Shown here piece by piece: positions 46,716-60,082 of a stretch of 64,000 nucleotides of DNA (positions are counted from its first letter, which is position 1; each line of letters starts with the position of its first letter). Below the pieces are notes generated by a model. The model saw only the letters and a list, made by a program, of their open reading frames with translations, ran no database searches and had not been told where the DNA came from. Origin of the DNA: Neodothiora populina (lineage: Eukaryota); assembly GCF_041146345.1 (NCBI RefSeq), contig NW_027191419.1, positions 124,001-188,000 of the forward strand. The letters are read 5' to 3'. The position numbers and the translations under genes are program-made.

Positions 46716-49700
46716 TGTGTTTGAGAAGAGTAGTCTGGTGATCACCCAATCAGTCTCCCCTCTCGCATTATATCTCGAGTATGTTCTCGGGATCCCTCAT
46801 CCTTGACAACAAGTAAGCAATGGTATCTCAAACGAAGCTTACATTTACACCGTCAAAGTCCAGCATCAGCACAAAGGCAAGATCTTGTGCACCTTTAGCA
46901 GCAAGTTATGCTGACGAAGATGGTAGAGAACTGCTAGGTACACGCAGCAAAATAGGAATAGAGAGAAGAGAGTAGGAAGACGAGATGGCAATCACAAAGA
47001 TGGATAAGTGGATTCACAGCTCGAGGGTTTCCACAATTACAGCTCGACCTACCGTACAGGCTGACGAGCTATACTAATGCTCGTCGCCCTCCCGAAGGTA
47101 TGATGCTACCCGCTAAAAGTCATATTTACCAGCTTGATCCTGATCTGGGTCATGTTACGCTTGAGGATTGGCCCCTCTAGCTTGACGCAACATCGTACGC
47201 ACATGGCCTTGCCGTGTTTTCCTTGAGCCAGGGAAAGCAAAAAGAACGGGCAGATGTTCAAGTAGCCTGCACTAGCGACCCTCGGTTTCTATGCCACTCG
47301 TGGTCTAGCACCGCTCCTCAGCGACAAGGTTGTGCATGGCTGTCTGCCAGATCAAGAAGTCTCGGAGCGTGGAGGAGGAGAGCCGGATGTGGTTTTGTGG
47401 AAGGAAGTGACCTGAGGTAGACGGAACGATCTCGGCGCATGTCCAGATCTGGGATCGCCAAGGTGGGGCATGAGGCCGCTTTTGGCTGCTGCTTTCTGTG
47501 CTTGCTATAAGCCCACCCATGACCGTGTACGCGTTGGCTTGGAGCGAGTGGTGATCTTTGATCGAGATTGAACTAAAATGACGATATCACGATCTTTGAG
47601 ATCTTAGTCCATATCCACTCAGATCTGTATGGACAAATCTCCACAGAAACAAAGTGTTCGTCGGTAATCGAACAAAACAGGCTGTCGCCCAATCAAGCTA
47701 CATGCAAAGTATGGAGAAGGCAATGGAAGCGCCGCCATAACAACAGCGGGACTAAAAACAGCAACAGCAGGGATTCAGGCACAGTGGTCGAGTGCATAGC
47801 AAAGAGACTTTGCAACGTGGTTTCTGAAGCGAGAGTCTAAAATGCTCAGTACAGTCCCCACGCCCTGACTTGGTCCATCTCGAAGAAGTTCTCTGGGGGA
47901 GACTCGAAAGCTTCGCATACATATTCAAGTGCTAACGCAAGACGTCCTCATGTCGTTCAACCAATAGGAAGGTATCATTCAAGCCCCAGCAAGACCTCTT
48001 GTGAATATGGCGCTCAATTCAAGATCGGCCATCTACAAGGATACCATTCAAGTACAGCAAGCACCATGGGCTCGCATGACAAGACCCGAATGACGTCCAT
48101 ATGCACATAAGCACTTAAAGAAAGCCCGGCCTACATGTACCAGAATAGATATATACAGATGCAATGAATGACTGTACTCACTCCAAGTCCCCTCGTACTA
48201 GTACAAAGATGCAGCAGCGCATGAAGGGCCATGGCATGGGGATAGATTTGACTTTATATTTTCCCTTTCGTTCTAAATATACAGGAAAGTACCTCTGAAC
48301 TCGTATAAATTTGTACGTACCCTTGGACATGTGACAAGAACGAAGCGAACAGCGGCCAAACGTCAATCCGTCCGCGTCCACGTCCCAAGCATTCAGTTGT
48401 CTCGGAAGTGCAGTTGTCTGTTCCCCAGCCACATCAAATAGTTTAGTTACGTATACAAGTTCCACTCATCGCAAAGAACTTGCCCATACCAGGTCAGGTG
48501 TCAATAAGTGATCGACAGAGCGAACGCAGTACTTACTCGCCCCCACAATAATGTCACGAGGGTCAACAAGGGGAAGGATTTCAAGTAGGCTGGACACAAT
48601 CTGCTTTGCCGGATAGACAGTCAGGTCGACTGTCCTGTAGCTGAAGCAGTAAGTAAGCTACCACTTGGTCAATGTCAGATTCTGCCCCGAGATGCCTCTT
48701 GCAGTCAAGGCAGCAGCGACAGATATGGCTTTTTAAGACTCCGGAATCCAAATGGGCCACAAGGCTGGCTGGAAGCTGGAGAGCAAGATCGGGGTGGCTG
48801 GGGGCTGGACTCGCTCCTCTCATGAAGCAGACCGAAACCCGTGGGAGTAATAACTTGATCATGTCATGCTGCAGTAGACTACAATACTGTAGCACATGAC
48901 TGAGACGCAAGAACAATGCATCGGACGCCCGCTCGACCATTTTCCGACCTGAGACATCCTGCAAGTGCGTGCTCTATATCTTTCAGCTCCGACGCCGGGC
49001 GTCGAAGTCGCATCTTCGCTATGAAGTCAAAAAGGCCTAGAAGAACTGGAGTGGCTTGAGCGAAAGATCAAACCTCACATGAGACTTCGAATAATGCTGC
49101 GGCACAATGGTAAGGCTGATCTTTGCGGCGTGGGAGCTGATAAGATAAACTAAAATATGAGTACTCACTCAGCTAGCCAGTAAGTGAGCTACTGATTGAA
49201 AGGCCAATGTGGCTTCTGGGGAGAAAAGAAGCTGCATTTACTCCGAAAGTAAATACTGTGATCTAGACCAGTAAGCAAGTCACTTATTGGAGTGAAGTTT
49301 GCATTCCTACCAGATCGCAGTGAAAAGTGGAGAGATGCTATCAATGCCAGACTGCACCTTCCGAACGCAGAGAGACGCATATACCCCGTGTCAACTCTTA
49401 TATGGATCATGAATAGCGTAAAAACAGGTATATGATATTTTGTTCGTTGAGGCGGATCGTGGTGGCTTACTCATACATACCTTACACGTCACATAGAAGA
49501 CAGAAACATGTAGGATTGATAATGTGTACTTCGAAATATGCTTGCTACGAAAAAAAAGACGTATTAAGATAAAAGTCGTTAGGTACTGGAAGCATCCAAC
49601 CACTCCAAACCATTTTTAATTGTGTTGCGCATGCTGGGCTCTCGACCAAGATAAGAAAAAACAAATGAATCAGCAAGTAACAACGAGCAAAGAACCTCCG

Positions 49701-49870
49701 AGGAATGCCTCATTTCCGTCCTCCACGTCACCTATTACCGTGGCGCCACGCAAATCCTATCGGGGTATATTGGATTGGCTAGGCCCACTCACTCATCGCC
49801 GTGTGGTATCTTGCGCAGAACAAAAGAAATGAACAGGTACAAAGACTTTCAATCGCGAAGACCAAAAGAC

Positions 49871-52800
49871 TTAAGCCTGACCTGACCAGACAGGGTTGTT
49901 CTTGCCGAGCAGAGTACCGTTAGTCTCAGTGCCACTGGCAGGCTTAATCTGCTGGGCGTTGTTGAAAGCGCTGTCGACTTCAGTACCGAAGCTGGTGCCA
50001 TGGGCCTGGCCAATAGCACCAGTTCCGGATGAGGCGTTGGGGTAGCCGCTACCTCCGGAAAGTCCAGAAGATCCAGCGCTGCCATAGTTGGTGCTGCTGG
50101 TAGGAACTTGACCACTAACACCAGGACCAGAAGAGGTGCTGTTATAGCCAGTGTTCGAGCTGTAGCCAGCGTTGTTGCCGCGAGCGCCAGAAGTACCATC
50201 AGTGCTAAAGTTGGAACTGGTGTTGCCGACGTTGTTGGGGCCTCTGACTCCCTCAGTGTTGACGCGGTGAGGCTTGCGGGAAACAGAAGGGACCTTGGGC
50301 AGGTTGCTTGTCTCCTTGGCAGAACCAATGCTGAAGATAGGCGACTCCCACTTGTCACCCTTGGCGGCAAGCTCCTTGTACTCGGTAGCTTTAGTGCTGA
50401 TACCACCGGGGAGTGAGATGTTCTTGAAGATGCTGTCGTGCTTGGTGACAGCCATGTTGAACTGCTTGTCTTCAGTCTTGGCCTTGGCCTCCTCCTTCTT
50501 CTGCTTGGTCTTGCTCATGTACTTCTGAGCGGCGCTAGCGTAACGCGAGTAGATGTTCTGTGCATTCTCAGGGTCGGGGTTGTTCTTAAGATCGCGCTTG
50601 GCCTTCTCGGCCTCCTGGTTGATGTTCCAGGCGATGCCATCAAGCTGGTGAACGTTGTTGCGAATCTGAGTCTCAATGACCTTCTGGATGACAGGGCGCA
50701 TGACCTTGAGGAGAAGAGGCTTGAAGATCTTGAAAAGCAGCTTGTGGTTGGACTGCTTGAGCTTGATGTTTAAGTTAGCCATCTCGACGTGGACAGTATT
50801 GACCTTGAAAAAGTGCTGGCGATCGGACTTATCCGCAGTCTCCATGGCGACCTTGAAGCTCAAGCCGGAACCTCCCATGAAAATGTCCATAACACCCTTG
50901 TCAGTGATGCTTGGGAAACCCTCCTTCTTCTTGATGTAGTAGCTGACATCGCGAAGATCGCACTGGACGCCACTGACGGACAGCATGACCTTATTCTTAT
51001 TCTTGTTAGTGATCGACTTGCGACCCCAACGCCAGTAGTTGTCAGAGCCAAATTCCATGACATTAGGGGCGAGGTTGTCACCCTCGAGAACCAGGTTCTC
51101 AACGACGGCATCAATCATAGGGTCGCTGTACTCGATACGAGGGATAGGAACGTAGCGAACGGACTCGAAGATGCTGGGGATGATGACCTCGGTCAAATCC
51201 TTGACCAAATGAGGCTTGAAGGCTGCCTTGCCATCATCGTCAGTGCCAAGATCGTTGAACAACTTCTGCATGGCGTTGCCGAAGGCGGTGTTCTGAGCAT
51301 CCTGATCAAACTGATCGGCGTAAAACTTGAGCTCGTCGACGATTCTGTCGGTGTGGTTGCGGTAGCGGTCGCGAAGGAGGAACTCGCCCTGGTCGTAAAG
51401 CTTGTTCCACTCCTGCGTGGAAGCATCTTCGAGGATGTAGCCCTGCTCCTTGAGACACTTGCGAACATACGTGTTCATGTGTCTGAACCAGCCCTTGAGC
51501 TCGGGGTCACGATCAGCATCGCTGTATATGACGTTGATCGATTCGAAAAGGTCGTCGAGGGAGGTGCTGTTGGCAAAGCGCTCGATAAGGGTCTCCAAAT
51601 TTGTCAGCATAATCCGATTATCTCTGACAAAAGCTGTAAAAATACCTTCAGGTCAGCTTCGGCAGTTTGCAGGCTGTCGTCGGCGTGGGCACCTTTGACG
51701 TTAGAATTAGTCTGTCCTGCCAAATTCTTAGTGTGGCCAGAGTACTCCTCGGCAAGCCTGAGGAGGGTATCGATTGCTTGCTGGTCTATAAAAGCAATTA
51801 GCATAGAATACAGTAATTATGGCTGGAATTCCTCACAGTCTTGGTGACCCTGGATTTCGACAACCATCTTCTTCAGGCGGTAGATGGTCTGATCACGACG
51901 CTCCTCGGGAATCTTCTCCTTGAGATAGTTGGCAGTGCGGTCCTTGGTCTCGCGGGCGCGGTCCTGGGTCTCTTGAGGTACATTGGCCTTGGCCTTGGCC
52001 TTGAGCTCGTCTTTGCCAGCCTGAGCACCAGAAGCAGCATTGACTCCAGATGAAGTACCTTGACGATGGTCCTGTGCTGCAAGGGCAGCAGCATCAGTGG
52101 GATCGCGGGAGCCGCTGGGGTGAGCAGCTTGAGTGGCGTCACCAAGTGCACCCTTCGCCTCATTTCTACTGAAAGGCTTGTTCTCGTTGACGGTAGACTT
52201 GACCTGGTTCTTGATGTTACCTGCAGACAAATCTGGGACGTCGTGCCAGGTGTTGTCAGACTCGGGCTCGTCAATGTTGCGGAGCTCGTCCTCAGAGGGG
52301 TTGACCTTATCAGCAGCCTTCGATGCAGCGTCACCAGCCATGTCACGGAGGAGGACGGTGGCATCCTTCACTGTGTTGGTTTGTTAGCAGAAAGAAGCCG
52401 GCAGGATATATCACAGATCAATACGTACGAAGCTTGCGGAACTGTCCATTGCTAAGGATGAGCGTTCCGAGAGTACGTAGTCCATCAAGGGCCTCGTTTC
52501 CGTGTTGCTTGGCAGTGTTCTTATCAACTGGTGCATTAGGGGTGGTGGCGTTGCCACCAGAAAGCTGCTGTGTTTGCCAGATAAAGTCCTGGAGTAAGTT
52601 TCCCTGGTTCTTGGTGAGAAGGAGGACCTTGGCCTTCTCGATGACATCGCGCAAGTCAGAAACAAGGAGCTGTCCCTCAGCAGAAAGCTTCTTAGACGGG
52701 CTGGAAAGGCCCCTGTGAGCGAGTGCGCTGTTCAATGCGACATCAATTTGCTTGTTCTGTTGAATAGTGCATCAGTGCCAAAGCTCAATTGATCGCGGAT

Positions 52801-52997
52801 AATCACAATGTCTTACCGATGGCGCCTTGCCATTTGAGAAAGCTAGAGAATCAAGTCAGATGTTGAAAGGTACATGAAAAGGCAAGATGCTATATCAGCT
52901 TACCTTGGAAGATTCCATAGAGTTGTAGTTTGTTGTTGACATCCTGCTCCTTAATCCTCTCGTTTGTCGGCACGTTCACAGACTTGCCGGTCGACAT
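49871..52997 (-). CDS. Large conserved fungal protein of the DUF4449 (HAM1-like) family, multi-exon
   Basis: Exons splice to MSTGKSVNVPTNERIKEQDVNNKLQLYGIFQA-FSNGKAPS-NKQIDVALNS..LILSNGQFRKL..YRLKKMVVEIQGHQD..YVPIPRIEYSD..DLRDVSYYIKKKEGFPSITDKG..LPGGISTKATEYKELAAKGDKWESPIFSIG. Family name from recall. Confidence 0.8.
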
Positions 52998-53117
52998 GAT
53001 GAATTAGTGGCAGTGATGAGTGGATGAGTGTCGCGTGGGTAGAAAATTGGTATGCTTTGGTAATAGTGGTCGTTAACAGCGTCAATCGTCGCAGAGCCGC
53101 GATTAATTAAATGCGTA

Positions 53118-54118
53118 AGGGGGTATCTAAAACTGCAAATGAAGAGCTTTGGAAGAGGGGGTTTTGAGGAAGAGAGATTGAAAGCTATAGGTGAAGTAGA
53201 GGAAAGAATACAATGAAATCACAGGGGTGATATGAATGGCTCACAACCTTTTTGAGCTGCTGGTGACTACACACTTTTCCCACAACAACGGCAGGGCAAT
53301 AGCGACTGGGACCTTGTATTGAACTACGTCATGGTGACCAACCCAGGTCTAGCGGCAACGGCTCATGTTGTCACCTAGCGCGCCACAGCTTGAACTTCTG
53401 GAGCAGCGTGGCTCGATCGCCCCTCGTCACCAGATACGAGAGTTTCCCTCGCGGAGGGGATCAGTAGATCATCCTTAAGTTCGATTTCCCCTTTATAGCC
53501 TATTTTCCAATATTGGCACGTAAAAACATCACAGTGCGCCCGAGCTTGAGGATCTTTCTTCGCTGTTGCAAGTGAAGATAGCGATCAGCTCAGTATCTGT
53601 TCACCCCTTGGCAATTGTCCCGTGAAAGATACATTGCACATGCGGGACGGCATGGTCAGCGACTCTCATTTCCGCTTTTGTTAACGTCGTGGCGTGTCGC
53701 AGGCAAGCGCTTTTGGGGCTACCCCACACGATGCTAGCCAGGCTTTCGAGCCAGGCCAGCAGGGCTAGCTCACCTTAATCTGACGTATTCTCCTCCAAGT
53801 TTTTGAGTTTTTGTAGCCACAAATTTACTGTGTCTTACCAAACATGGCTTGGGGAATTGGCATGGTCATTGTCGAGATCTTGCCCTGATAGAGGGTACGA
53901 GTGTAGGGGAGCTATCCTGCCTTGATTGGTACTAAGAAAACCATGTTCGCTTTTTCGGGTGCAAGGTACGAGGGCAACGTCTGACGTGGGTGTGCGCGTT
54001 GAGGTACGACCTGACTAGACGCAAGGCTTTTCAAACTCCTGTCATTCGAGAGAACGTTCCCAGGGGAAAAAAAGAATGTTTTGTTCACGCAGCTCTGCCG
54101 TCCACATGTGAAAAGGGG
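53118..54118. promoter_or_regulatory. Cluster of STRE (AGGGG/CCCCT) and CRE-like (TGACGTA) elements upstream of the DUF4449-like gene
   Basis: Ten AGGGG/CCCCT copies counted by eye, plus TACGTCA at 53325 and TGACGTA at 53781. Confidence 0.45.
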
Positions 54119-55556
54119 GCTCTGGGTGACGAGGTCAATCGAGCAGCAAGGAGGTCGATTCGGAAAAAGTGCCGAACCTACATTAAGATTAGACAACCGA
54201 TCGACTTACATCCTATATGATTTGCTGCCTTCCACCATGGGTTTCTCCATCCATAGAGCAAAGTCGATATCATTGCCATGATCACAAGGAGAATGATTCA
54301 CATGTAAAATCAATCACATGGAAGTCCATAGTGTGACACTTGCTCATAACCGCCGCTTTACTTCACACTGCTCATTATGATCGCCGTTGCGCTCCATCCA
54401 ACAAGAGGGCCTACAACGCCGTATCTGTAGGCGTGCCTTCGCCCTCATCCATTGCAATTCGGCAGAATACAGTACTCACCGTCAAAACATAGGCAGCAGT
54501 TATCTGTCGCACCTTGAAGGACCTTCAGCCTACTCATCTACCGCCAAGTAGGCCTCGTCTCACCAGCGTCGTAGGGCTGCGGAGTGGGCAAGAAGCGAAG
54601 ACTCGACCATCGCTTCGACCACGTGCGACTTTTTGTCCTCTACATGTAACATCGTCTATGTGCCTGACAAGCGCGGCTTGCCTCGACATTGCCATGAAGT
54701 ACCAACCGTTGCATAAACATGCCGACCAAGGCAGAAAAGTAATGGTAGTCCGTGACAGAGGCATACAGTACAACAGTGATAAACAACCACCTCTGAAGTT
54801 TTTGATGGTCAGTGCGGCCAACAGTATAGCGTTTGCACCTCGTTCTGTGTGCAACACGGCTTGCACTAAAACAAATCGAGCATGCACTTGCATAACTCCG
54901 GGACGGACCGAGCAGTTCAAAAGATCTTCCGACCTGGCTGGTGTGCGGATGAACCTGTGGACCTTGTGGAACCCAGCGGATCTTGAAGCAGCGATTGCAA
55001 AAAAGCATTGGTCAGGAACCAAAATCCACCGAACGCCTGGGGGTCTGTTTCGCTTTAGATCAGCTTCCGGGGGGCCGCGCATGTGAGAGTCACTAAGCAC
55101 AAGTCACCGATTCGCAGTCTCGCTTCAGTGTACTTGTACTGTGAGATACCATAGACGTCGTGTATATGGGCATGGAGTCTTCACTGTGATTTCCCCCACT
55201 AAAGACCAAAGCCGGACAACGGAGATAATTGCCCTATCTGAGGCATCATTTCATACCTTATCACATATGCTTATCGCATTGTACAGTATACTGACACCGT
55301 CCTGAATCTTATCGGTGAAACACGTCAACACACAGCTCGCCGTCAGTTCGTCTTGTAGTCCTTCTCTCCTCGATGCATCTTTTCTTCACACTGTGACCAG
55401 CTATCGTTCTTTGGACCCTCTCTACACATCATACTCAGACTAGCTACCTTACCTACACAACACCCGCTCACTCAATACAACCATTCTACTCTACCCATCC
55501 CCCGTAGCTCCGCTCTTCCCTCGACTCCAACCACTGTATACTGAACCAAAGAAACC

Positions 55557-56398
55557 ATGTCTCTCCCCCCTAGTGTCCACAAATCCACGCACGCCCTGCT
55601 CCGCGCCAAACTCTCCCAGCTCCGCTCCCAAAGCACCAGCGCCCGCGAGACCAAACTGCTCGTCTCGGAGATCGCGACGATGATAGGCTACGAAGCGCTG
55701 GCGGACGGACTGTCTGTGACGGCAGGTGCCAAAGACAAGTCGCCGCTGGGATACGAGTACACGTGCGAGACCATCTCGCCGGGGCACGTGTCGCTCGTGC
55801 CGATACTGCGGTCGGGGCTGGGGATGGTCGACGGTTAGTCTTTTCTTTCCTTACCCTGTCCTAGCTCTGTCTTGTCCCACGTTGTCTATGATTGCAAAGT
55901 GAGTCGGTAGCGCAACAGCAGCAGCAGAATATTAACGAGCCCCCCCCCCCGGCGCCCGCAGCGTTCCAATCCCTCCTCCCCTACCCGGTCCCCATCTTCC
56001 ATCTAGGCATGTACAGAGAGAAATCGACTCTGCAGCCAGTAGAGTACTACAACAACCTACCCTACCACACTGCGTCCTCGCCGTCGTCGCCAGAATCCAG
56101 CAAACCCTCGGACCTAGCGATCCTTCTAGACCCGATAATAGCCACGGGCGCCACGGCTTCCGCGGCCATAGACACGCTGCGCGACTGGGGCGTCGGCAGA
56201 GTGATTTTGTGTTCTGTCCTGGCGTCGCGGGACGGGCTGGAGAAAGTCGCTGCTGTGTGGGATGAGAAGACGGCGGACGGCAAGAGCAGAGTTGAGATCT
56301 GGGTTGGTGGTGTCGATGATGGCGTTGATGGGAAGGGCATGATTCGACCGGGGTTGGGAGATGTTGGGGATCGGTTGTTTGGGACTATTGGAAAGTAG
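55557..56398 (+). CDS. Uracil phosphoribosyltransferase (Upp-like)
   Basis: LVPILRSGLGM; HLGMYREKSTLQPVEYY; PRPP loop ILLDPIIATG; MIRPGLGDVGDRLFGT; intron 55834-55961. Confidence 0.92.
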
Positions 56399-57369
56399 CG
56401 GTAGAGTCGGTGGTTGTTTTCGTCAATTTTTTTCTTGTGATACATCGTCTGCGTGGGAAGTGGAGTTTGGATATGGTGAAGCATTCTGGCGATCTGAATA
56501 TATACATTGCAAACCATCAGACCACTTGGCAAAAGCAGTGCTATGCCTTTATCCTAATATCGTCACAGAGAACATGACTACCTTGAACAAGCAAGAATCT
56601 AAACACCTAAACAAGCAGCACTGCGCACAGCAGGGAAGTGGCGGAAGACACGGGAAAGAGGAGAATGGGGTTTCAGCTATGAAGAGACTGACCGCACAAG
56701 AGTGTAACAGAGAACAGCTCGATCCTAAACGCCACTGGATGCGCGAGCCACACACACCCATAAGAGAGGCGAGAACAGCAGGAGAAGGAACAGAACCGGG
56801 AAGAGAGGTGTGATTGAAATGATAATCAGCCACTACGAAGCACAAACCCCCAATAGTAGAATTGGTCTTTGTGGTTACAATTTTCCCTTCCTGTCAGCCT
56901 TTTCAGAGGGGAGAAACAAATGAAGGAGAACGTCAGTCTCCGGTAATTGTCTTAGCGGTACACACATGTATAGGAAAGAAAAAGGAAGCATTCCCGCCAA
57001 TTTAAAGCCGACAGAAAATAGGCAGAGGAGGAGTAGAGGCGTTGGGGGAATACTACATTGAGCAAAACAAGAAAAAAGAAACACTTTTTGGAGGTTGAGA
57101 CGGGTAGACCAAGAAAAACCAGCGCAAGAGATTAAGCTGTCCATGGTCAAGCGTATGGCCTAGGTGAGCAAGAGGAAGACAAGCAAGCAGTCTCTTATGA
57201 CGACAGTAAGGGAAAGATGAAAAGATTTTGATTTTTCTGCGCATGCGAGTTTTGATTTCCAATGATGTTCTTCGAAAGCAATCATCGTCATCTGTCATTC
57301 GTCATGTCCACAGCCCTTGAGAGTGAAATAGTTTTTTTAGTGTGTCGTCAAAAAGTCGTTCCAAGTCGT

Positions 57370-59618
57370 CTACGACGCCATTGCGCGGCCACCAGCGTTG
57401 CCACCCCGCTTGCTGAAGTTCTTCTCCTTCTTGGAGACGGTGCTCCAGCCATCATCCTCCATGGTTTCGGCAGTGCTTGCGGGCTGCTGTTGGTCGACCG
57501 AGGACTTCCTCCAACTACCTTGCGACTTGGGGGCCTCACGTGTGATTTCTTGCGGCTTGACCTCCTTGTCGCCAATGATGTCTCCGTTCGCGTCGGCGGC
57601 TTCGGCGTCGCCATCGGCATCCTCGGTAGACTCGTTCTCGCGCTGAAGAATCTCGTACTGGAGAGACGGCTTCTCATCCGTTGACTCCTCGCTGGCCTTG
57701 CCGTTCTGCTTCTGCCCACGAGCAGGGCGGTCAGACTTTGCCTCCTTGGGCGCAGCGGCGTCCTTGGGTGCAGCATCCTTGGCGGCGGCTGCGCTTGCGC
57801 GACGCTCCTCACGCTCCTTGTCTTGTTGCTCCTTCTTGGTACGGATGGCGATTTGACGCTTCTCCTCGATCTCACGTTCTCTGGCGGCGGTGTCGATGGG
57901 ACGGGCAGTACCGAAGATTGATGCCTTGTTGTCGGCGGCGCCACCTTCTGCAGGCTGGGGAGCCTCAGAGACGGTACGCTTTGCGAGGTTGAGCTTGGGC
58001 CTGCTGGCAGGTGCGGCAGGTGCAGCAGGTGCAGCAGGAGCAGAGGGAGAAGTGGGAGTGCTGGCATCAGGGGTGGCAACGGGAGAAGGAGCGTCGGGCT
58101 TCATCTTCGAGCGCCACTGGTTGTCCATGTCGGCAGCAGTTGGTTGTCTCTCAACGGGGGGAGGTCTGTCGGCAAACTCACGGCGCGGCGGCCTTGATCC
58201 ATCTTCGGGTGTGCGGCCAGTGCCCTCACCCCAACCAGCCTGGCGCTCGCGGAAACCACCCTCCTCACGGGGTCTACCCTCACGCATAGGACCACCTCTC
58301 GGCGCACCCTCGGCAGGGGTCAGAGGTCCCTTTCTCTCCCAGTTGCCAAAGTCTCTGACCTTGCCATCGCCCTCGAAGAAACCACGGCGTTGGCCGCGCT
58401 CACTGCCGGCGTCTGATGCGTTCGAGTCGAATCCACCACGGAAGTTGCCTCCTCTTGCAGCACCAGCACCGGGAAGGTCGGGAAGAGGACCCTTGCGAGA
58501 CCAGTCGTCAAAGGTGCGAGTGGGTTCACGAGACTCCTTGGCTGTTTGGGGAGGAGAAGTGTCAGCTCAGTCATACAGTTGCTGGAGAATAAGGACAAAG
58601 ACATACGAGGGTCTGCAACGCTGATGCGGATGTTCCTGCCCTGGAACTGAGTGTCGGACAGGGGAAGTGCCTTCTTGAGGCCTTCGACGGTGGCGAATTC
58701 GACGTAGCCGAAGCCCTTGGGTCTGCGGTCAAGCTTGTCCTCAACGATGCGGACGCTGGTGACATCACAGCCGGCAAGGAAGTCACGGACGTCGCCCTCG
58801 GTCACTTCGAAGGAGAGGTTGCCCAAGTGAGCGGTGTATGGGGGCTTGTCGGGCAGAGGGAGCTGCTCGCGCACGGCGTATCCAGCCAGTCTGGAAGAGC
58901 CTGTGTTTGTTTCTTGTCAGACTCCGATTGTCATGAGATTCTCTCCACCTCATCGTTTCCACCGCGACTCACCACCGAATCCGCTGTCAGAGCCAGGCGC
59001 GGCACCAGCACCAGCGCCAGGGCCAGCACCGGCTGAGGCGCGGTTTGCGCTCCACGATCCAGCGCTGGGACGGCTACCGAAACCAGAGGGAGCTGTTGAA
59101 TATCATGTCAGCTGTTTCCGTCCTCTTCCACTTTCGTTTCTCCATCCCGCTGCCGTTCCGTAGAGTATGTGCTGTCCGGAAAGAGAGGGTAGGATTATGA
59201 GATCAAAACATACCAGCTGCGGCATGTTAGCACAACCCGAATCAAATCCCATCTCGCTTTTCTTTCTTTTTGGTTCTTAACGTACCTGGCAAAGGCATGT
59301 TGTCCATTTCGTCGGCCCATGATCCCAGTGCTATAGTTGGTAAGTTTTAGCGGCTTTTCTTTCTTTCATACACCGAAAAAAGGCGGATTTTCCGGTTGAT
59401 TTTCATTTTCGGAAGGCGCCTACATTGGTCGGACAAGAAGTCGCCCAGGGCCATCTTCTGCTGCTGCTTTTTAGGAGCTGCATGTCGCAAACAGGTTCAC
59501 AAGTTAGCAATTCTGTGCTGATAAAGAAAAGGCGCATTTTCAAATCGAGTGGGCGGCGAAAACCGGTGGATTCGATGATGGATGCAACTTTTAATTCTGG
59601 AGTGTGCGACTGACCCAT
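57370..59618 (-). CDS. TIF3: Translation initiation factor eIF4B (Tif3/Sce3-like), RRM plus RG/DR-rich region, 7 predicted exons
   Basis: MAPKKQQQKMALGDFLSDQSLGSWADEMD; LPDKPPYTAHLGNLSF, RPKGFGYVEF (RNP1); DWSRKGPLP; RPKLNLAKRT; SIFGTARPIDTAAREREIEEK. Confidence 0.93.
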
Positions 59619-60082
59619 GATTGCGAGATGTTATCAGTCAACGCGCGGGGTTCTGGTATGCGCGTTGTCCGGGAGAGAGTGAATGAATCGAGAAGTGGAA
59701 TTTATTGCTGTCCTGTCACGATGAACAAGATAAGTCTGGGTTTATGTTCAAGTCAGAGGAAGAACTGCGTGCGCCCTTTTGGGATTCTTCTTTCTCTGCT
59801 CTTTCGGGATTTCGTCGAGGGCGGCTGAAAGAGGCACGATGAATTCATTCTCTTGGTACTCGGTCTTGGCAGCCCGCACCAATTTTGTGTCTAAGCTTTT
59901 TCGGACATCGTGCATCTTCAAGAACCGGCGAAGACTTGGATCTATCTCCGGGTGGTATTGTTACTGACTACTACTGTACAGGGCAATACCATCTCTTTTC
60001 TGTAGTTCCATCTCATGTTTTGGTATAGAGTGAAAGTTGTACCCTGAGTCTGTCGCTGCTTGCTGCGAACAAGGTAGATATC

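Noticed and set aside
47915..48070. CRISPR-like array
   Set aside because: Eukaryotic context, short degenerate repeats, irregular spacing and no cas genes.
48581..48964. 127-aa minus-strand ORF between the MFS and DUF4449-like genes
   Set aside because: Non-ATG start and no recognisable domain; treated as spurious.
50789..51847. 352-aa antisense ORF and similar shadow ORFs opposite MDR1, GARS, THR1-ADE7, eIF4B and POLG
   Set aside because: Expected by-product of GC3-rich codon usage on the coding strand; no independent motifs.
54514..55100. Overlapping 190-aa (+) and 188-aa (-) ORFs in intergenic DNA
   Set aside because: Non-ATG starts, no recognisable motifs, Cys/Arg-rich random-like composition. 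Not supportable without expression data.
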